Position numbers and translations under genes: made by a program
Source of the DNA: Planctomycetota bacterium
Lineage (GTDB): Bacteria > Planctomycetota > Phycisphaerae > Phycisphaerales > SM1A02
Length of the DNA: 64,000 bases
Direction: 5' to 3'
NCBI GenBank assembly: GCA_027622195.1
Contig: JAQBZO010000005.1
Location: 18,861 to 82,860, forward strand
Shown here: positions 57,378 through 64,000 of the stretch, piece by piece
Numbering within the stretch: position 1 is the first letter of the stretch
Layout of the letters: each line of letters opens with the position of its first letter
Notes under the pieces: generated by a model
Told to the model about the DNA's origin: nothing
The model's database searches: none
What the model saw: only the letters and a program-made list of their open reading frames with translations

Positions 57378-58421
57378 ATGAGTGGACTGCAAGACCCAAT
57401 CGTCCTCACACCACTTCTGAAAAAAAGGATGTGGGGAGGCACGCGCATCGAGTCGATGATGAGTGCGCGATGCAGTGCGAAACCGATCGGTGAAGCGTGG
57501 TTGGTTTCTGACCTCCCCGAACCGATTGTGAATGGAGTTTCACCGATCAGCCACGGTGCCGCACATGAAGTCACCACATTGCGTGAGGCCATTCGTGCTG
57601 ATCCGACTGCGTGGCTTGGCAGCGCGATTCCCGGTCCATCTGGCACTTTCCCGCTACTTTTGAAGATTCTTGATGCGAGAGAAAACCTCTCGGTGCAGGT
57701 TCATCCTGATGCGCGGTACGCGAAACAACATCCAGACGCGCTCATGAAAAGCGAGGCGTGGGTCATCCTTCATCACGAACCTGGCGCGATGATTTATCGA
57801 GGACTCCGCCCATCGTTCACCATCGATGCGCTGCGTGGCGCGGCTAATACTGGCACGATCCTCAAGGACCTGATCGCGATTCCAGCGCGCGTCGGCGACT
57901 GCCACTATCTCCCCAGTGGTATTTGTCACGCGCTCGGCGCAGGCATTACCGCGTTTGAAGTGCAAACACCAAGTGACACGACTTTTCGTGTTTTCGATTG
58001 GAATCGAAACGATCCCGATCGACCGCTTCACCTCACTGAAGCCGAAGAGTGCATCCTTCTTGGGAACGATCAACATCTCGATGCATTGACGGCGATGGCG
58101 ACTCCGCAGCGTGGTCCTGGAGGAAGTCTTCGCCTCGTCGCCAACGAATTCTTCTCCATCGATCGAGTCACCCTGCCTCCAGACGGTCGATTGGAGTTCG
58201 ATCCCTCATCCACGCCGCGCATGGCCTGGATTCAACAGGGTCATGGTCGACTCTCTTGGCCAGATGACGCAGTTGCCGTTCCTTCAGGAGGGACATTTGT
58301 CGTTGCGGCCAATTGCGTTCCCACTTTTTGGACGGCACCAGAAGGCGGGACAATTCTGGTCACAACCGCCGCCGACGGAAGTGGATTGGCGATCCAATCA
58401 CCCGCATTTCGGATCGCGTGA
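57378..58421 (+). CDS. manA: mannose-6-phosphate isomerase, class I
   Basis: 347 aa. LKKRMWGGTRI, LSVQVHPD and SEAWVIL cupin motifs. Confidence 0.75.
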   Translation: MSGLQDPIVLTPLLKKRMWGGTRIESMMSARCSAKPIGEAWLVSDLPEPIVNGVSPISHGAAHEVTTLREAIRADPTAWLGSAIPGPSGTFPLLLKILDARENLSVQVHPDARYAKQHPDALMKSEAWVILHHEPGAMIYRGLRPSFTIDALRGAANTGTILKDLIAIPARVGDCHYLPSGICHALGAGITAFEVQTPSDTTFRVFDWNRNDPDRPLHLTEAEECILLGNDQHLDALTAMATPQRGPGGSLRLVANEFFSIDRVTLPPDGRLEFDPSSTPRMAWIQQGHGRLSWPDDAVAVPSGGTFVVAANCVPTFWTAPEGGTILVTTAADGSGLAIQSPAFRIA

Positions 58422-59960
<1,539 letters not shown>

Positions 59961-59988
59961 CTCGCTTCTACAACATCGTCTTGCATAT

Positions 59989-60020
59989 GCCCCTCTGCTT
60001 TTTGCGGAGGGGCTTTTTTT
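59989..60020 (+). terminator. rho-independent terminator after atpD
   Basis: GCCCCTCTGC-TTTTT-GCGGAGGGGC followed by TTTTTTT, 28 nt after the stop. Confidence 0.85.
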
Positions 60021-60049
60021 GATTCCACCACAACGCCTACGCTCTCCGC

Positions 60050-62026
60050 ATGACTGCCACGCAATCCATCCCTTCGTCCACGATTCTTGATCGACTTGTT
60101 CGCGTCCACGGCGCTGCGCATCAAGACCGCATCAACCGCGGATTGAAACAAGTCGCATCGCGTTGGACTCCCGCCGATGGAGATGAGAACGCATGCGCGA
60201 GTTTTTGCGAGAAACATTTCGTGGCGAATCCATCCGACCTCGCGCGACTTCGATCGCGCCTCGAAACAGCGATCGAACAAATCGGCGGACACTTGTACGA
60301 GATGCGTCGCTCTCTTCGTCGATGGAGCGACCTCAGAGGAGATGAACTCGCTGGGGTGGATGACACCCTTGCCATGTTCGATCCCGCGCCAGACATTTCA
60401 GAGGAGGTGTATAGGCAAAAACTCGCCTTCATCGCCCTCCTCAACTTCCCTCGCGCGGATCTTGCCGAGATGTTGCGCGACGGTGATTCATGGGACGTCG
60501 GGCAATGGGTTGGTGTGCGCACCGCTCAACACTTCGGACCTCGGATTCCCAAAGAACTCAATGACAAGGCACGCGCCGTTGGACATGCTTGCCAAAAGTT
60601 TGTGAGTGAGTTTCATATTCCTGTTGGAGCGGTCGTCACCGCGACCGACGGACGCTGGTTGCCCGCCGAACGAAAATTGATCGCCCATTGGTTGGTGCGA
60701 GAGGAAGTCAAGGGGCTCTACGGCGACAGTTCATCGCATGCACTCGTGAGGCAGCATTCACTCATGCATGTCATGCGCCACTCGATCGAGGGATCGATTC
60801 CTTCAACGGTGATGGATGGGTCGAACACGCAGGATTGGAACACCACGAACAACACCCTCGGCCAACATCCCGTCACCGAGTCAGAGACGATCGGACTTGT
60901 CCGTTATGAGAAATGGCTCGAACAGTTTCGACTCGCGCGCGAGTTTGACCTGCACCATCCAGACCATCCCACGGCGATGTCTCGCAAATTCGAACTCGCA
61001 CGCGAGATTCCAGAACACCATGTGACCGCACTACTCACCACGATTCTCGATCATCCCGTTCGACAACAACTCGCTGCGATGGTGAGTGAACGAGTCGGGA
61101 GACCGCTTGAGTCGTTCGATGTCTACTTCGAGGATTTTGGACAGAGCCGCCCTGCTTCCGAGATGAACGCCGCTGTTACGAATCGGTTTCCAGACGAGAA
61201 GGCGCTGGAAGTTGCGCTTCCGTCAGTCCTTCGCGAACTCGGCTGGCCCTCGGACGAAGCTGATTTGCTCGGATCGCGCATCCTCGTTGAAATCGGAAAG
61301 GGCGCAGGCCACGCGATGCGCCCCGCACTCACCCAGTACAACGCATGGCTTCGCACGAGTCGACTTCCAGAGTGCCTCGGCTGGGATGGATTCGACACCG
61401 CCATGCACGAACTCGGTCACAACCTCGAACAACTGTGCTCGTGCCTCTTCGCGCCGAGTCCTGCACTGCGCGGAGTACCCAACACCGCATGTACTGAAGC
61501 GTTTGCCTTTCTCTATCAATCACTCGCCAAGCGCGTCATCGGCATGGAGAACGAAGCAGACGAGCAGCGTGCCTTTGACCTCGACACCGTCAATTCACTT
61601 CATGCGACAGCCCAAATCGCAGGACCAGGATTGCTCGAGCTACAGACATGGCATTGGCTCTACGCCCATCCAACGGCAACCGCTCGCGCGCTGCGTGATG
61701 AAGTGCTCACACTCGCTGACACCTTGTGGGATCAGTATTACCGCCGCGACTTCGGTCCAGATCCGTATCGACTCCTTGGCGCATACCAACACATGATCGC
61801 GCATCCGTTGTATCTGCCCGACTACGCGCTTGGTCACATCATCTCGCATCAAATCAGATCCCACATGCGAGGACGCGCACTCGCTGCCGAGACGAAGCGC
61901 ATCACCAGCCAAGGTCGATGGACTCCAGATTTGTGGATGCGCCGCGCGGTCGGAAGTGGCATCTCTGCCCAGTCACTCTGCGAGGACGCAAAAACTTCTC
62001 TCGACCGATTGAGCAAAACGAGTTAA
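60050..62026 (+). CDS. HExxH zinc metallopeptidase-like protein (M3-like gluzincin, tentative)
   Basis: 658 aa. AMHELGHNLEQ with a Glu 26 aa after the second His (CTEAFAF) resembles M3-type gluzincins. I see no signal peptide. Confidence 0.45.
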   Translation: MTATQSIPSSTILDRLVRVHGAAHQDRINRGLKQVASRWTPADGDENACASFCEKHFVANPSDLARLRSRLETAIEQIGGHLYEMRRSLRRWSDLRGDELAGVDDTLAMFDPAPDISEEVYRQKLAFIALLNFPRADLAEMLRDGDSWDVGQWVGVRTAQHFGPRIPKELNDKARAVGHACQKFVSEFHIPVGAVVTATDGRWLPAERKLIAHWLVREEVKGLYGDSSSHALVRQHSLMHVMRHSIEGSIPSTVMDGSNTQDWNTTNNTLGQHPVTESETIGLVRYEKWLEQFRLAREFDLHHPDHPTAMSRKFELAREIPEHHVTALLTTILDHPVRQQLAAMVSERVGRPLESFDVYFEDFGQSRPASEMNAAVTNRFPDEKALEVALPSVLRELGWPSDEADLLGSRILVEIGKGAGHAMRPALTQYNAWLRTSRLPECLGWDGFDTAMHELGHNLEQLCSCLFAPSPALRGVPNTACTEAFAFLYQSLAKRVIGMENEADEQRAFDLDTVNSLHATAQIAGPGLLELQTWHWLYAHPTATARALRDEVLTLADTLWDQYYRRDFGPDPYRLLGAYQHMIAHPLYLPDYALGHIISHQIRSHMRGRALAAETKRITSQGRWTPDLWMRRAVGSGISAQSLCEDAKTSLDRLSKTS

Positions 62027-63177
62027 GAGGCGGCGCGATTCAGCATCGCTTGCTCAAGAGTCATGACGGGACCGACATCCCCAAAATCGTCGGTTGATCC
62101 ATGAGGCTTGAGCTGCACCGTGGTTTCCACCCGACCTCGCGAATCGCGTTTTCGCGCAGAAACAAGCTCATCGGCGTGATCTTCGAATGCGCCGCTTGAG
62201 CGAATGAGTGAACCCATTCGCATCACAACGTGACGATCGGCACGCTGGCAAGGCAAGTCAAACTTTTCATCACCCACGCGAAGAATGAGTGATGGATGTC
62301 GCATCCGTCCCACCAACACACACGTCACGATCGAGAGGGCGGCGGCGATGCCGAACGCTGTCGCTCCTTCTGCAGCCATCGCAAAGGTGGTTGGTGTGCG
62401 AGCGATCGCGGCCCATGCGCCAAGTCCAATCGAAGCAAGTGCGGTGATCGCCACGGTGACAGCTCGCCGCCCGACAAGATGTTGCTCGAGCGAGACTCGC
62501 GTCACGCGTGTGCGCTCGATGACGTGGTACTCCATGCCCGCGCCACGAGGACGACAGACGATAAATCGGCGGTCGGTCGCGATGACTGCTCCGCGAAGTC
62601 GTTTGATGAACGCTCCCCAGCCACACACGAGCGCATCGGTCGGATCTTGTGCGATCGTGCCGACGAGTTTTTCTCCCGGCTCGGGTTCAAGTTTGAGTCC
62701 TTGAATCTCGAAAGTCTGTGCGAGCATTCGATCCACGGGCTTCTGCACCGTGGTCGAGTCCACATCGTTCGCTGAGTCGCCGACGAGCTTGAATGAAATT
62801 TTGGCAACAGGAAGTGGTGCGGGAGCGACTTCAAGTGAAGGAAGAATTTTTGGTTCGCAAATGACGGCGATCGGAGCGCTCGGCTTTGCAAATCCGAAAT
62901 CCGAAACACGCCACGCCTTGTACCAGCGAGTTGCTCCCTCGGGCTGCACTTCATCAGTGGGTCGGAGTTTCCCGGCTCTTGCCATACGGCGTAGGTACCC
63001 TGCAGGGTAGGGTCCCTTGGTGGCATCCATGCCTCGTCGAACGAAGTATCCCACTTCGGTCGTGAGGTTAGCACTCGAAGCGATTGAATGCACGGTGGCA
63101 ACAGCATTACCCGCCAATATTTTTTGCCCTTCCAACTGACAGCGAGTGACAAGTTCCGCACACTGTGGACCGCGCAA
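62023..63177 (-). CDS. GYF_2-like domain membrane protein
   Basis: 384 aa. GYFVRRGMDATKGPYPAGYLRRMARAGKLRPTDEVQPEGATRWYKAWRV resembles the bacterial GYF_2 domain. The C-terminal half has two hydrophobic helices (AVTVAITALASIGLGAWAAIA, FGIAAALSIVTCVLVG). The start is uncertain. Confidence 0.45.
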   Translation of the reverse strand: MRGPQCAELVTRCQLEGQKILAGNAVATVHSIASSANLTTEVGYFVRRGMDATKGPYPAGYLRRMARAGKLRPTDEVQPEGATRWYKAWRVSDFGFAKPSAPIAVICEPKILPSLEVAPAPLPVAKISFKLVGDSANDVDSTTVQKPVDRMLAQTFEIQGLKLEPEPGEKLVGTIAQDPTDALVCGWGAFIKRLRGAVIATDRRFIVCRPRGAGMEYHVIERTRVTRVSLEQHLVGRRAVTVAITALASIGLGAWAAIARTPTTFAMAAEGATAFGIAAALSIVTCVLVGRMRHPSLILRVGDEKFDLPCQRADRHVVMRMGSLIRSSGAFEDHADELVSARKRDSRGRVETTVQLKPHGSTDDFGDVGPVMTLEQAMLNRAAS

Positions 63178-63198
63178 ACGACTGCTATCTTTCCACCC

Positions 63199-63846
63199 AT
63201 GCGATCACTCCTTGCAGAACTCCTTGGCACCTACTTTCTCGTCTTCGTCGTCGGACTCTTCGTGGGCGCCGTCGCCGATTTCTCGCTCGCCCCCTTTGCC
63301 ATTGCGGGCGTCCTTGCCGTCTGTGTGTACGCGTTCGCTCATGCCAGCGGCGCGCACTTCAACCCCGCTGTGACCGTGGCGGTTTGGATGCGAAAGAAGA
63401 TCGGGATGACCAAACTGGCTGGCTACCTCGTGGCACAACTGCTCGGGGCGTTTTTTGCGGTATTCACCCTGTCGTTGCTCGTTGCGTGGACCGTTCCAGC
63501 CCCTTTGGAACTGGCAGAAGTGGGACAGGTCATCCTCGCCGAGGTGATTTTCACCTTTTTGCTTGTCACGGTGGTCCTCAATGTGGCAGCAACAAAGGCT
63601 ACCGAGGGCAACGGTTACTTTGGAGCCGCCATTGGTGGAGCAGTCTTCGTCGGAGCCATCTGCGTGGGCAGCATTTCTGGAGCGGTCTTCAACCCTGCCG
63701 TCGCGACTGGACTTGTGGCGATGGGCGCGCTCAGCTCATCCAAACTCATTGTCTTCGTCGGAAGCCAACTCCTCGGCGGGATCGCCGCGGCTTGGGTTCA
63801 CGGCATCATGAATCCGGCCGAGTTGGAATCAGCCGCTAAAGCTTGA
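63199..63846 (+). CDS. MIP-family aquaporin/glycerol facilitator
   Basis: Track ORF 63088..63846 trimmed to ATG 63199 ([16 protein letters not shown]). Two NPA boxes are present ([20 protein letters not shown]). Confidence 0.9.
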   Translation: MRSLLAELLGTYFLVFVVGLFVGAVADFSLAPFAIAGVLAVCVYAFAHASGAHFNPAVTVAVWMRKKIGMTKLAGYLVAQLLGAFFAVFTLSLLVAWTVPAPLELAEVGQVILAEVIFTFLLVTVVLNVAATKATEGNGYFGAAIGGAVFVGAICVGSISGAVFNPAVATGLVAMGALSSSKLIVFVGSQLLGGIAAAWVHGIMNPAELESAAKA

Positions 63847-64000
63847 TCCACAACCGCACGTCGTCGTTGCGTTGGGATTCGTGAAGACGAAACCTCGCCC
63901 CATGACCTCATCCTTGAAGTCAATGGTCGTTCCATTGAGGTACAGGTAACTCTTCGGATCGCAGACGATGCGAACTGAGAATGGCTCACCGGAAGAACCG
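63828..64000 (-). CDS. HesB/IscA/ErpA-family iron-sulfur cluster insertion protein, N-terminus outside window
   Basis: Absent from the ORF track because it is open at the window edge. My minus-strand translation reads ...[53 protein letters not shown], with stop at 63828..63830. CGCGxSF is the family C-terminal signature. It overlaps the aquaporin 3-prime end by 19 nt. Confidence 0.8.

Overview
Gene-dense, moderately GC-rich chromosomal core region. I saw no rRNA, tRNA, CRISPR array, transposase or integrase. Gene content and some protein features (Hc1-type histone-like protein, RpoA starting MHIRWRGLELP, extended ribosomal proteins) suggest a PVC/Planctomycetota-like bacterium; this is a low-confidence inference. 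Layout, left to right: (1) rsmE/rsmJ on the minus strand, divergent from a cystathionine beta-synthase plus gamma-lyase pair. (2) An 8.9 kb, eight-gene minus-strand operon (3901..12826): vWA protein, secreted protein, ExbB, ExbD, ExbD, large helical-repeat protein, J-domain membrane protein, membrane-anchored protein. Six of its seven junctions are ATGA overlaps. (3) pyrH-frr, a beta-helix/PA14 secreted protein, and nrdR-thrS-infC. (4) An argR-argC-argB-argF-argG-argH(A)-argJ operon. (5) pheS followed by the S10-spc-alpha ribosomal superoperon (rpsJ to rplQ, 29699..43668, minus strand). (6) A coupled trio of unknown protein, GT2 glycosyltransferase and BshC-like protein. (7) Housekeeping genes: yhaM-like, nnr dehydratase, transglutaminase-like, lysS, pfk, plsY, purB, isochorismatase-like, hc1, fabZ-like, manA, a stand-alone atpD, an M3-like peptidase, a GYF-domain membrane protein, an aquaporin and a partial iscA/erpA. 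The best candidate for an undescribed system is the ExbB-ExbD-ExbD operon. It has no recognisable TonB but encodes a protein with TonB-like topology carrying an N-terminal J-domain (HPD). Other points worth a second look: rpsJ and a small membrane-protein gene both show apparent frameshifts, S5 carries a tandem-repeat-encoded Gly/Pro/Arg tail, argH is fused to a GNAT domain, infC probably starts at AUU, and atpD stands alone. Most other ORFs in the six-frame track are antisense shadow frames of these genes.
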